Positions 20,777 through 30,465 of a stretch of DNA of 64,000 bases are shown piece after piece. A program made the translations under genes and the position numbers. This DNA is from Nannocystales bacterium (lineage in GTDB: Bacteria; Myxococcota_A; Polyangia; Nannocystales; Nannocystaceae), in the NCBI GenBank assembly GCA_050633305.1, contig JBOEGF010000012.1, positions 59,487-123,486 on the forward strand, given 5' to 3'. Position 1 is the stretch's first letter, and every line of letters begins with the position of its first letter. The notes under the pieces were generated by a model. It saw only the letters and a program-made list of their open reading frames with translations, had not been told where the DNA came from and did no database searches.

Positions 20777-22021
20777 ATGCCGGCGTACGAGTACACGGGG
20801 CTGAACGCCAAAGGGAAGAACACCAAGGGAGTGGTGTCGGCCGATACGGTCGCCGCTCTCAAGGCTGCCCTGAAGCGCGATGGCGTGTTTCTGACGTCGG
20901 TCAAAGAAACGTCCTCAGCCGGGGCTCCGTCGACGGCGAAGGGCAGCTCGCGCGAGGTGGACCTCAACCGTTTCGTCGATCGCGTCAAGCCCAAGATGGT
21001 GGCGCAGGTGACTCGTCTGCTCGGTACGCTGCTGGGCTCGGGCGTGACGCTACCGGAGTCGCTCGCGGCGCTCACCGATCAGGTCGAGAGCCCTCGGTTC
21101 AAGGGAATCCTGTCCTCGATTTCCGAGAAAGTGAACCAGGGCAGCTCGCTCGGCGACACGATGGCCGAGTACCCGAAGGTTTTTCCAAAGCTCTACACGA
21201 ACATGATTCGTGCCGGCGAAGCTTCAGGTTCGCTGGAAACGGTGCTGTTTCGCCTCGCCGAGTTCATGGAGAAGGAACTCGAGATTCGCTCCAAGGTGAA
21301 CTCGGCGTTGTTCTACCCGGTGCTCCTGGGCTTCCTGGGCGTGGTGCTGGTCATCGTGCTGATGGTGGCCATCGTCCCCAAGCTGACGAACATGTTCGAC
21401 AGCATGGCGGCCGAGCTGCCGTGGAACACCAAGCTGCTGATCTGGATGTCCGATACGCTCAGCGCGTACTGGTACCTGTTCGGATTGGGTCTGGCCTTCT
21501 CGATCTGGGCGTTCCGAAAGTGGCGCTCGACCGAGGGGGGACGCTGGCGTGGCGACAGCCTGGTGCTGCAGGTCCCTGTCATGGGCGACCTGTTGCGCAA
21601 GGTCGCGATCTCCCGATTCTCTCGCACGCTCGAGACACTCCTCGCCTCCGGGGTGCAGCTGCTCGAGGCGCTCGAGATCGTCAGCACGCTGCTGGGCAAC
21701 GTGGTCCTCGAGGACGTCGTTGCGAAGGCGCGCGACAACATCCGCGAGGGGCAGGGCATCGCGCCCGCGCTCAAGCAGAGCGGTCACTTCCCGCCACTGG
21801 TCACCCACATGATCGCCGTGGGCGAGCGGTCCGGGCAGCTCGAACAGATGCTCGGCGACGTGGCCGACGCCTACGACCGCGAGACCAACACGACCATCGC
21901 CCGCTTCACGGCCATGCTCGAGCCACTGATGATCGTCGTCATGGGCATCGGCGTGGGCTTCGTCGTGTTCTCGATCATGCGCCCCATCATGATGCTCACC
22001 GAGATGGCCGGGCAGACCTGA
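20777..22021 (+). CDS. gspF: Type II secretion inner membrane protein GspF
   Basis: MPAYEYTG, MIRAGEASGSL, MIAVGERSGQL, three TM segments. Confidence 0.95.
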   Translation: MPAYEYTGLNAKGKNTKGVVSADTVAALKAALKRDGVFLTSVKETSSAGAPSTAKGSSREVDLNRFVDRVKPKMVAQVTRLLGTLLGSGVTLPESLAALTDQVESPRFKGILSSISEKVNQGSSLGDTMAEYPKVFPKLYTNMIRAGEASGSLETVLFRLAEFMEKELEIRSKVNSALFYPVLLGFLGVVLVIVLMVAIVPKLTNMFDSMAAELPWNTKLLIWMSDTLSAYWYLFGLGLAFSIWAFRKWRSTEGGRWRGDSLVLQVPVMGDLLRKVAISRFSRTLETLLASGVQLLEALEIVSTLLGNVVLEDVVAKARDNIREGQGIAPALKQSGHFPPLVTHMIAVGERSGQLEQMLGDVADAYDRETNTTIARFTAMLEPLMIVVMGIGVGFVVFSIMRPIMMLTEMAGQT

Positions 22022-22083
22022 GCTTCTCGCCCGCCCTCCGAAAGAAACAGTTTCTCCGTCCGCACCGAAAAGGTTCCCTTCCA

Positions 22084-22584
22084 ATGAAGACGCTACTCAG
22101 CCTCCAACAACGCCTGCTCACCCGCCAGCTCTCTGCGCTCCTCTCCTCCGGCCAGTCGCCGGACCGGAGCAGCGGAGCGGCGCGCAGCCTGTCTCGACAG
22201 CGCGGCATGACCCTCATCGAGATTATGGTCGTGGTCGCAATCATCAGCCTTGTCCTCGGTGGCGTGGGCCTGATGGCGTTCAACAGCTACAAGGACGCGC
22301 AGACGGACACGGCACGGAACGACGTCGTTCAGATTCAGCACGTCGTCGAGCTCTACATGACGCAGAAGCGTGGCAAGTGCCCCAAGACGCTGCAGGACCT
22401 CAAGGCCGCAGGCGTGGCCTCGAAGGTCTCCAAGGACCCGTGGGGCAACGACTACGAGATCAAGTGCCCCGGTGAGAAGGCCTCCGTCGACGTCATCTCG
22501 GCCGGTCCCGATGGCGAAATCGGCACTGAAGACGACGTGAACAACTACACCGACGAGCAAGTCGAGGAAGACGAAAGCCCGTAG
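22084..22584 (+). CDS. gspG: Major pseudopilin GspG
   Basis: RG|MTLIEIMVV prepilin site, KDPWGNDY, ISAGPDG..GTEDD. Confidence 0.92.
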   Translation: MKTLLSLQQRLLTRQLSALLSSGQSPDRSSGAARSLSRQRGMTLIEIMVVVAIISLVLGGVGLMAFNSYKDAQTDTARNDVVQIQHVVELYMTQKRGKCPKTLQDLKAAGVASKVSKDPWGNDYEIKCPGEKASVDVISAGPDGEIGTEDDVNNYTDEQVEEDESP

Positions 22585-22622
22585 GCCAGCCGCGCCGCTT
22601 CGCACGCTGAAAGCCGTACACC

Positions 22623-23450
22623 ATGACCCACCGCCGCCCACTCGCCCGCAGTCGCGGGATGACCATGATCGAGATCATGGTCGTGATTGCCGTCTTCGCC
22701 TTGATGGTGGGGATGGTGGTGGTCGGCTTTGGAACCACACGCTCAGCCGAAGTCACCAGCACGGTGAACAACCTGGGCAACGTCATCCGCTACGGCTACG
22801 ACCGGGCCCGGGTCAACGGCACCTACCACCGGCTCCTCATCGACCTCGACAAGGGAACGTTCACGCTCCAGGAGGGCTCGGACCGAATGTACCTGCCGGC
22901 CACAGACCGCGACGGGAAGCTGGTCGAGTTCGACCCCGGCAAAGCCGAGGAGCAGGCGGAGCGGGACAAGCGGGCGGCCGATGCCTACAACCGGTCGATT
23001 CAGTCCGAGGTCCTCGGAGATGGCGATGCCAACGGCGGCGGCAGCGGGGGGGCCTCTGCCGCCTACGATCCGTACCGCCCACGCGAGAAGCTCGTGCCCC
23101 GACGCAAGCCGCCGCTGTTTGAGAGCTTCGACGACGAGAACGCCGTCAGCGGCATGGCCAAACCCATCAAGCTACCCGAAGGTGTCAAGGTCACCTACGT
23201 CCGAACCGCCGACGACATCAAGGCCATCACCGAGGGCGAGGCCAGCCTGTTCTTCTTTCCCCGCGGAACCACTCAGGAGTGCCACATCCTTCTCGAGGAT
23301 GACGAGGGCGAGAACCGATGGACCATCAAGGTGGCACCGCTCACCGGGCGGGTCACGATCGAAGAGGGACACGAGGACCTCGAGGTCAACGAAGTCGCAG
23401 ACGAAGACGAAGACGAACTCGGCCGCAGCCGGTCCCGCCGGAGTTTCTAG
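22623..23450 (+). CDS. gspH: Minor pseudopilin GspH-like
   Basis: RG|MTMIEIMVV; FFFPRG; PLTGRV; position after gspG. Confidence 0.75.
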   Translation: MTHRRPLARSRGMTMIEIMVVIAVFALMVGMVVVGFGTTRSAEVTSTVNNLGNVIRYGYDRARVNGTYHRLLIDLDKGTFTLQEGSDRMYLPATDRDGKLVEFDPGKAEEQAERDKRAADAYNRSIQSEVLGDGDANGGGSGGASAAYDPYRPREKLVPRRKPPLFESFDDENAVSGMAKPIKLPEGVKVTYVRTADDIKAITEGEASLFFFPRGTTQECHILLEDDEGENRWTIKVAPLTGRVTIEEGHEDLEVNEVADEDEDELGRSRSRRSF

Positions 23451-23455
23451 CCATC

Positions 23456-24274
23456 ATGTCCACGCCCAAGCCCAAGCCAGAGCCCAAGCCAGACGCTCCG
23501 CCCGCTGTTTCACCGGCGGTGCATCGGCGTGCCGCTGCTCTTCGCGGCTATGGGAAGCCCGGCTTCACGTTGCTCGAGGTGTTGGTGGCGGTGGCGATTC
23601 TTTCGATCTCGCTCACCTCGCTGCTCACCTCGCAGATGAACGCGCTTCGGGCCACCCGGTACGCGCAGAGCATTACCGCGATGGCGTTCCTGGCCGAGTC
23701 GAAGCTCGTCGATATCGAGTGGCAGATCAAAGAGTTCGACGACGGCTGGGGCGACAACGACAAGGAGTTTGAAGGCGACTTCTCCGAGGAAGGCTGGCCT
23801 GAGGTCACCTACAAGTGCGTCGCCGACATGATCGAGATGCCGGACTACTCGGTCCTGCAGCGCTCCGCCGACGCGGCCGACAACGCGCAGACGCAAGCAT
23901 CGGGCGTCGACACCCAGGACGTTGGCGAGCAGGCGTTCGACAGCCTGGGCATGGTGTGGCCTATCGTCAAAGAGGCGATCGAGCGAGCCATCCGAAAGGC
24001 GCACTGCACGGTCTACTGGAAGGACGGCAAGGTCGAACAGGAGTTCCGCGTCGATACGTTCTGGACCGATCCCGCGGCGCTCACTCAGCTTCCCGCTCTG
24101 GGCGGTGAAGAAGGCGAAGAGGGCGACACCGCACCCGAAGACGGCGACGGGGGTGCTCCCGGGGGCGGGACGCCGGGTGGTGGGACGCCCGGCGGCCGGA
24201 CGTCAGGTGGCGGTGGCGGTGGCGGTGGAATCGGCGGTCCGATCAACATTCCCGGCCGAGGTGGAGGTCGGTGA
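23456..24274 (+). CDS. gspI: Minor pseudopilin GspI-like
   Basis: PG|FTLLEVLVAVAIL; gene order; Gly-rich tail. Confidence 0.75.
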   Translation: MSTPKPKPEPKPDAPPAVSPAVHRRAAALRGYGKPGFTLLEVLVAVAILSISLTSLLTSQMNALRATRYAQSITAMAFLAESKLVDIEWQIKEFDDGWGDNDKEFEGDFSEEGWPEVTYKCVADMIEMPDYSVLQRSADAADNAQTQASGVDTQDVGEQAFDSLGMVWPIVKEAIERAIRKAHCTVYWKDGKVEQEFRVDTFWTDPAALTQLPALGGEEGEEGDTAPEDGDGGAPGGGTPGGGTPGGRTSGGGGGGGGIGGPINIPGRGGGR

Positions 24275-24978
24275 TGAAGCGTCTTTCTCATCACCGCGGG
24301 ATGACCCTGATCGAGGTCATGATCTCGTTCGCCGTTCTGGGCATGATCATGGTGTCGGTCTGGAGCAGCTTCTCCGGGACGCTCAAGGGCATCGAAGTGA
24401 CCGAGGCGATGCAGCAGCGGTACTCGATCGTCCGCAACGGGCTCGCGCGGATGACCTCCGAGCTGTCGATGGCGTACCTCTCGAAGAACCGCCCGTTGGA
24501 CGACACGCGTCACTACACACAGTTTGAGGGCCGGGATAACTTCGACACCGACAGCCTCACGTTCTCCGCATTCTCCCACCTCCGGGTGCGAAAAGACGCG
24601 AACGAGAGCGACCAGACGGTCCTTCAGTACTTCATCGAGAAGGATCCCGAGGACAGCAGCCGTACGCATCTGTACCGCCGAGAGGCGCGGCGCCTGACCG
24701 GCGACCTGCCCGAGGACATGGAGCAGTTCTGGCCGGCCTACATCGCCATCGAGGATGTGGTCACGTTCGACGTCAAGTACTGGGACACCACACAGATGGA
24801 GTGGAAAGACGAGTGGCGTACGACCAAGGTCGACATGCAGCCCGATCGTCTTCCCACCCGAGTGAGAATCACGCTCGGAGTCGTCGACTTCGACGGGGAG
24901 GTCGTGACGTTCACATCGCAGGCCGTCGTGATGATGCAAGAGGCGATCGACCTGGGTCAGCTGGTGGGAGGCTCGTGA
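24271..24978 (+). CDS. gspJ: Minor pseudopilin GspJ
   Basis: RG|MTLIEVMIS; LYRRE; WKDEW...LPTRVRITL. Confidence 0.85.
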   Translation: MMKRLSHHRGMTLIEVMISFAVLGMIMVSVWSSFSGTLKGIEVTEAMQQRYSIVRNGLARMTSELSMAYLSKNRPLDDTRHYTQFEGRDNFDTDSLTFSAFSHLRVRKDANESDQTVLQYFIEKDPEDSSRTHLYRREARRLTGDLPEDMEQFWPAYIAIEDVVTFDVKYWDTTQMEWKDEWRTTKVDMQPDRLPTRVRITLGVVDFDGEVVTFTSQAVVMMQEAIDLGQLVGGS

Positions 24979-26372
24979 TGGAAGACCACGAACACGACCC
25001 CGCGGTCGCGGCTGACGACCAGCCGTCGGAAGGCCCTTCGCGAGAGGACGCCGACTCTCAGGCCGATTCTCAGGCCGACGCTGCCGCTCCGGTCCGTGGA
25101 CAGATGGGGATCGCGGTGCTCATGGTGCTGATCTGCTTGGCCATGCTGGCGCCGTTCACCGCGAGCTTCAACTATCAGTCCCGTGTCGACTGGCAGTCGG
25201 CGATCAACGTTCGTGACGAGGTCGCGGCCCGTCAGGTGCAGCGCGGGGCCATGCAGCTCTCGTTGTTGCTGTTCGAGATTCAGCGGATGGTGTTCAACCA
25301 GAAGCAGTTTCGCGACTTCATGGGCAACTGGGACATCACCCAGGTCGCGCCCTACCTGATGTCGGTCTTCGGGACCGAGGACGGCGCGGAAGGCCTGGGA
25401 GCGCTCGCGGGCGTCGACACCTCGGCATTCGGCGACCTTGCCATCCAGGGGGGGAGCTTCGAGTACCGGGTCTACGCGGAGAGCGGCAAGATCAACGTCA
25501 ACTGCCTGGCCAAACAGGTCAAAGCGGGCGCGCGGAACAACCCTGCGGGGCGCACGGTCGAGTCGCTCGAGGCGTTGATGCTCCCCACGATCTACAACCC
25601 GCTCTTCGAGGAAGAGAAGGCAGACGGCCAGTTCTACACACGAACCCAGATCCTGCAGGGGATGGCCGACTACATCGACGACGACACCCAGGGCTTTGAC
25701 CTGGTCAAGCTGCGCTCGACGTCCGGCTCGGAACGCTACCGCTACAGCGAGTTGCACGACCCCTACCAGCCTCGCAACGGCTACCTCGACAGTGTCGAGG
25801 AACTCCACCTGGTCGAAGGCATCGATGACGACTGGATGGCGGCGTTCGCCCACGAGCTGACCACGTACGGTGAGTGCAAGGTCAACATCAACTTCGCCAG
25901 CGCCGAGCAGATCGCGCTGGTGATCCGGCACTCCGTCGAGAACCAGTTCCGCGACAAGGTCGAGGGCGAGAACTTCTTGCTCAAGGTCATGCCCTTGGCC
26001 AACTACGTCGTCGAGTCGCGGGAGTTCTCGCTCTTCCAAGACCTCGATGGATTCAAGGAGATGGTCAGCAAGCCGGACCAGTTCATCAGCCCGCTCGCGG
26101 CGCTGGGCGGTGACGTGGAGGACAACCAAAACCTCCCGCGCATCCCCGAGGGAATTCCGGTCAAGATCCGGCCGCCCCAAGGCGAGGACAGCGAAGAGGG
26201 CTCGGGTGGTCTCACCGAGGTCGCGACGGTCAAGCCCGAGCGCACCTACACCATCGAAGTCATCACCGAGGTGGGGGCCGTGACCAAACGCCTCACCGCC
26301 ACTTACGACATGCAGTACGCGCGCTCGCAGACCCAGGGCAAGGGCGCGTGGCTGTACATTCGAGAGGACTAA
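24978..26372 (+). CDS. gspK: Minor pseudopilin GspK
   Basis: G|IAVLMVL, ESGKINVN, DYIDDD, SVEELHLVEGI, KVNINFA. Confidence 0.88.
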   Translation: MEDHEHDPAVAADDQPSEGPSREDADSQADSQADAAAPVRGQMGIAVLMVLICLAMLAPFTASFNYQSRVDWQSAINVRDEVAARQVQRGAMQLSLLLFEIQRMVFNQKQFRDFMGNWDITQVAPYLMSVFGTEDGAEGLGALAGVDTSAFGDLAIQGGSFEYRVYAESGKINVNCLAKQVKAGARNNPAGRTVESLEALMLPTIYNPLFEEEKADGQFYTRTQILQGMADYIDDDTQGFDLVKLRSTSGSERYRYSELHDPYQPRNGYLDSVEELHLVEGIDDDWMAAFAHELTTYGECKVNINFASAEQIALVIRHSVENQFRDKVEGENFLLKVMPLANYVVESREFSLFQDLDGFKEMVSKPDQFISPLAALGGDVEDNQNLPRIPEGIPVKIRPPQGEDSEEGSGGLTEVATVKPERTYTIEVITEVGAVTKRLTATYDMQYARSQTQGKGAWLYIRED

Positions 26373-26379
26373 ACCCAGC

Positions 26380-28293
26380 ATGGCGCAGAAATTCGTCGGC
26401 ATCGATCTAGGCACCCACCACATCAAGGTGGCCGTGGTGTCCGCAGGGATACGAGGGGTCCAGCTCGTCGACACCTTTGCCGAGCCGGTCGGGCCCTTGC
26501 CCCCCACCGTCGAGGGCGAAGAGCCCCCCGACCCCTTCGACCACCAGCTACGCGGTCTGTTCGCGTCTTTGCGCGCCCGTGGCCTCCTCGGTGAGACCGC
26601 CTCGGTGTGTCTCCCGTCGGGGGATGTCAGCTATCGCCTGCTCTCGTTCCCGTTTGACGACGAGCGACGCATCGCGCAAACGGTCGGTTTCGAAGCCGAG
26701 GGGCAGTTTCCCCGGCCGATCGAGGACCTGGTCTACGGCCACGTCGTCGTTCCTTCGACTGAAGGCGGCGGCCGGGCGCTCGTCGCCGCTGCGCCGAAGG
26801 ACCGCGTCAACAAGATGCACGCGGTGTTTCAACGCACCGCGTCCGAGATCAAGGCGGTCACGACCTCGGGCATCGCGCTGGCGGCCGTCGGCAAGGTTTC
26901 CTTGCCGGTGGCGACTCCTCAGATGGCCGAGGACGGTCGTGCGCCCTGCGTGCTGTACGTCGATCTCGGGCACAAGCACACGCAGTTCGTCGCGATGGGC
27001 GCCAAGGGCCCGCTCGCGATCCGCTCGACCCGACGTGGGGGCCGTCAGCTGACCGCTGCCATCGCACGCGCGTTCTCGATGGATACGTCGAGCGCGGAGG
27101 CGGCAAAACACACCGACGCATTCCTGCCCCACCGCGGCATGGCGGGCTTGTCCGAGGCCCAGATGCAATCGGGCACGATCGTCGCGAAGGCTTTCGAGCC
27201 GATCTTGCGCGAACTCGAGCACACGCGGATTTGGCTGCGTTCGACCTACCACCTCGAGGTCTCACAGGTGGTGCTGCTTGGAGGCGGGGCGAATCTCTCC
27301 GGCGTGCGCGAGTATGTGACCGAGCAGACGGGTCTGGCCGTCACGGACTTCAAGCCCAACGCGTCTGGTCTGAAGACCGGCACGGTGAGCGGGGCGGACC
27401 TCGGCGAGTTTGCGGCCGCGCTTGGTGCGGCCTACGGCGCCGCGCGGCGCCCACTCCTGCAGCTTCGAGACGCCGAGGGCGGCGTCGTCGAGGGAGGCTG
27501 GGTGCAGGAGAAAATGACCGGTCTCGTCGCGATTGGCGTGGCGGTGATGGCATTCGGCGCGCTGGATACGATCGCCCGGGTCAAGGCAGCCGACGCTCAA
27601 CTCTTGGCCTACGAGGACGAACTCGCGACGGCGACCGAGGCCGCGTTTGGGGAGGCGGTCGGCGTCAGTGACGTCAAAGCGGTTCTCGATGGCGCGGAGG
27701 GGGCTGACCTGACCAGCCTCGTCCCCGAACGGGGGGCGCTGGAGACCCTCGCGCTCATCGTCGACGCGGCGACGCCCAGCGACATCGCCGACAAGCCTCC
27801 TCCGGCTCCAGTGCCGCCTCCAGGGACAGACCCCGGACTGCTGCCCGCGGGGTTCGGTGCGCCTGGCACACCGGCCGTGGGTCCCGACGGGCTCCCCTTG
27901 CTGGGACCCGACGGTCTCCCTCTCGACCCGGCCCTCGCTGAACCAAAGCCTATCGGTCCCATTCCGGCCGACGCAGGGATTGTTCTCGTGGACGAGTTGA
28001 CTCTGTCCTTGGTGGATATTCGGCAGCTCAAAGTCGAGATCAAAGCGGGCGCGAACACCTCCTCTGCGCAGGACAGGCTTGCCGCCAAACTCGCGGGACT
28101 GGGGTGCATCTCCAACGTCTCCAAAGGCAAGGTCCGAGGCGAGGAGCGCAAGACGTTCCAGATGGAGATGGACAACAAGTGCTTCTTCAAGAAAGCGGCG
28201 GAGGACGACGAAGCCGAACTCGAAGAAGAGACGGCCGAACCCGAAGGCGCGGACGGGTCCGTGGACGAACCTGCGGAAGAGAAGGACGAGTAG
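26380..28293 (+). CDS. gspL: GspL / PilM-like actin-fold platform protein with TM and periplasmic domain
   Basis: VGIDLGTHHIK, VDLGHKHT, LLGGGANL, ALGAA, then a TM segment; gene order. Confidence 0.75.
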   Translation: MAQKFVGIDLGTHHIKVAVVSAGIRGVQLVDTFAEPVGPLPPTVEGEEPPDPFDHQLRGLFASLRARGLLGETASVCLPSGDVSYRLLSFPFDDERRIAQTVGFEAEGQFPRPIEDLVYGHVVVPSTEGGGRALVAAAPKDRVNKMHAVFQRTASEIKAVTTSGIALAAVGKVSLPVATPQMAEDGRAPCVLYVDLGHKHTQFVAMGAKGPLAIRSTRRGGRQLTAAIARAFSMDTSSAEAAKHTDAFLPHRGMAGLSEAQMQSGTIVAKAFEPILRELEHTRIWLRSTYHLEVSQVVLLGGGANLSGVREYVTEQTGLAVTDFKPNASGLKTGTVSGADLGEFAAALGAAYGAARRPLLQLRDAEGGVVEGGWVQEKMTGLVAIGVAVMAFGALDTIARVKAADAQLLAYEDELATATEAAFGEAVGVSDVKAVLDGAEGADLTSLVPERGALETLALIVDAATPSDIADKPPPAPVPPPGTDPGLLPAGFGAPGTPAVGPDGLPLLGPDGLPLDPALAEPKPIGPIPADAGIVLVDELTLSLVDIRQLKVEIKAGANTSSAQDRLAAKLAGLGCISNVSKGKVRGEERKTFQMEMDNKCFFKKAAEDDEAELEEETAEPEGADGSVDEPAEEKDE

Positions 28294-28296
28294 ACG

Positions 28297-28884
28297 ATGG
28301 CAGCCGCAGTCGCACCCAAGGCCGGGTTCCTCTCCAGCCTCTCTCCGCGTGAGCGCACTTTGGTGATGGCGCTGGTGCTCACGTTCTTCGTGATGGGCAC
28401 CCTCGTGCTGTTCTATTTGCGGTCGCAGACCCTGCGCGAAACCGACTCCGCTGTGCAGGCGCACAAGCTGGCGCTCGAGTCGGTCTACACCCGCGGCGCG
28501 GTCTACAAAGACCGTCTCGAGTCCAAGAAGAAGCGGGAGAAAAACATCCCGAGCACTCCGGTGCAGTTCTTGACGTTGGTCGAGGCCGCGCAGGCCGGGG
28601 TCGAAGGCGTGACCGTCTCCGACCAGGAGGAGGTCACTCCTCAGACCCTCGATGGCAACCTCATCAAGCGGTCGTTCAAGTTCAAGCTTCGCAGCGTCAC
28701 GCTGGAGCAGGCGATGAAGTTCTTGACCGCACTGGAGAGCGAGCCGGGGAGGATCATTCTCACCGAGCAACTCGCTGTCCGCTCGCCGTCCTCGGCGGAG
28801 GACCGGCTCAACCTCGACGTCGTCATCTCCACCTGGGAGCGTGAGGTCGAAGAAGAACTCGAAGACGAGGAAGAGGAGGAGTAG
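28297..28884 (+). CDS. gspM: Type II secretion protein GspM
   Basis: LSPRER followed by TM; VTLEQAMKFL; gene order. Confidence 0.75.
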   Translation: MAAAVAPKAGFLSSLSPRERTLVMALVLTFFVMGTLVLFYLRSQTLRETDSAVQAHKLALESVYTRGAVYKDRLESKKKREKNIPSTPVQFLTLVEAAQAGVEGVTVSDQEEVTPQTLDGNLIKRSFKFKLRSVTLEQAMKFLTALESEPGRIILTEQLAVRSPSSAEDRLNLDVVISTWEREVEEELEDEEEEE

Positions 28885-28887
28885 TCG

Positions 28888-30423
28888 ATGGACCAGTCGA
28901 TCACACGAGGTGAGATTCCCGCCGACGCTCCCGCAGTCACCCGGAGCCGAAACTGGGGCCGGACGCTGAGGCGCGGCTTCGGTTGGGGCATGCTCGGCCT
29001 GTTCTTCTTCCTGCTCTTTGCCTGGATCACGCTCCCAACCGAAGCGATCGCGTGGCGCATCAGCCACGAGGCCAAGAAGGCCGGCTACGTCGTGGAGATC
29101 GAGGACATCTCGGTCATGCCGTGGGGTTCGGCGACCCTCGAGAATGTCACGTGGACGTTCGAGCCGAGTCGTCCCGATTCACCGCCACAGCAGTACTTCA
29201 TGGAGGAGGTCGACATCTCGATCGGCCTGCTGTCGTTGCTGGCCGGAACGGTGGATGTCGAGGTCGAGACCGAGCGGGAGGACGGGACGATCATGGCCCG
29301 CTACGTTCAGGGCTCGAGCGAGACCACCGTCGCGGTCGACATCGACGGGCTTCCGCTCTACGACGTTCCCAAGGCCGCGCAGGCGCTCAACGTCCCTCTG
29401 TACGGGCTTCTCAACGTCAAAGCCGACATCACGGCGCCCGACGGCAAGTTCTCCAAGGCGGAGGGCAAGATCACGCTGGCATGTTCGGCGTGCCGGGCCG
29501 GGGACGGGGACTCCAAGCTCTACGTGCCCGGCGGCAGCAAGGCGTTGCGCGATGGCATCACGCTCCCCGAGATCGACTTCGGCACGCTCACGGGCGAGCT
29601 CATCGTCAAGAAGGGGGCAGCGACCATCGAGGAGCCGATTGCGACCGAGAGCGACGACATGATCATGTCGCTCACCGGCAAGCTCAAGCTCAAGGATCCG
29701 TTCCAGAAGTCTCGCTTCAACATGCTGATGAAGCTCGAGCTGACCGAGTCCTTCCTCAAGGAAGCCGAGCGGGTCGCGTTTATCTATCGCGGCGCGAGTG
29801 CCAACGCGAAGCTCGACCCGCCTGAGCGAGGTCTGGGGTTCAAGCTGGGGGGCCCCGTCTCCAAGCCGCAGTTCCGCGGCGTGAAGAGCAAGTCGACCGC
29901 GGAGAACCTGGCCGAGCGTCGCAAGAAACGGCGGGATCGAGATCGCAGACGAGCAGAGCGTCGCGCCAAGCGAGGCAAGAAGTCCAAGAAAAGCCCGAAG
30001 AAGGACGACGCGAAGAAAGACGCGGCGGACGACAAGAAGGACGAAGACAAGAAGGACGACGAGCGTCCAAATCTCAACATCGCGCCGCTGGACGATGAGC
30101 CGAGCGCCGATGAGCCTCGTCCGTCCTTGCCTCCCACGGAGGATGACGATGTCGAGGTCTTCGATCCGAACGAAGGTGGCCGCGATGAGCCTGCCAATGA
30201 CCAGCCCTCCGACGACGAACGCTACGGGCGGGAGGACGGACAGGGCCAGGACGACGGCCAAGGGCAGGACGACGGCCAAGGGCAGGACAACGGCCAACAA
30301 GACGACGGTCAGGATGGCCAACAGGACGATGGCCAACAAGACGACGGTCAGGACGGGCAAGCGGACGGCGGCCAAGACGACGGTCAGGGCCAGGGCGGCG
30401 GCAGCGGTGGCCAGCGGCAGTAG
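28888..30423 (+). CDS. gspN: Type II secretion protein GspN with long charged, disordered tail
   Basis: TM followed by TLPTEAI, beta-rich body, last gene of the cluster. Confidence 0.7.
   Translation: MDQSITRGEIPADAPAVTRSRNWGRTLRRGFGWGMLGLFFFLLFAWITLPTEAIAWRISHEAKKAGYVVEIEDISVMPWGSATLENVTWTFEPSRPDSPPQQYFMEEVDISIGLLSLLAGTVDVEVETEREDGTIMARYVQGSSETTVAVDIDGLPLYDVPKAAQALNVPLYGLLNVKADITAPDGKFSKAEGKITLACSACRAGDGDSKLYVPGGSKALRDGITLPEIDFGTLTGELIVKKGAATIEEPIATESDDMIMSLTGKLKLKDPFQKSRFNMLMKLELTESFLKEAERVAFIYRGASANAKLDPPERGLGFKLGGPVSKPQFRGVKSKSTAENLAERRKKRRDRDRRRAERRAKRGKKSKKSPKKDDAKKDAADDKKDEDKKDDERPNLNIAPLDDEPSADEPRPSLPPTEDDDVEVFDPNEGGRDEPANDQPSDDERYGREDGQGQDDGQGQDDGQGQDNGQQDDGQDGQQDDGQQDDGQDGQADGGQDDGQGQGGGSGGQRQ
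30235..30395 (+). repeat. Coding low-complexity repeat (GQDDGQ / QDDGQ) in the GspN tail
   Basis: GGGCAGGACGACGGCCAA-type units visible. Confidence 0.8.
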
Positions 30424-30465
30424 TCTTCAGAGCGAGACTCCAAACTCGACGGTTTCGGGCGCCGC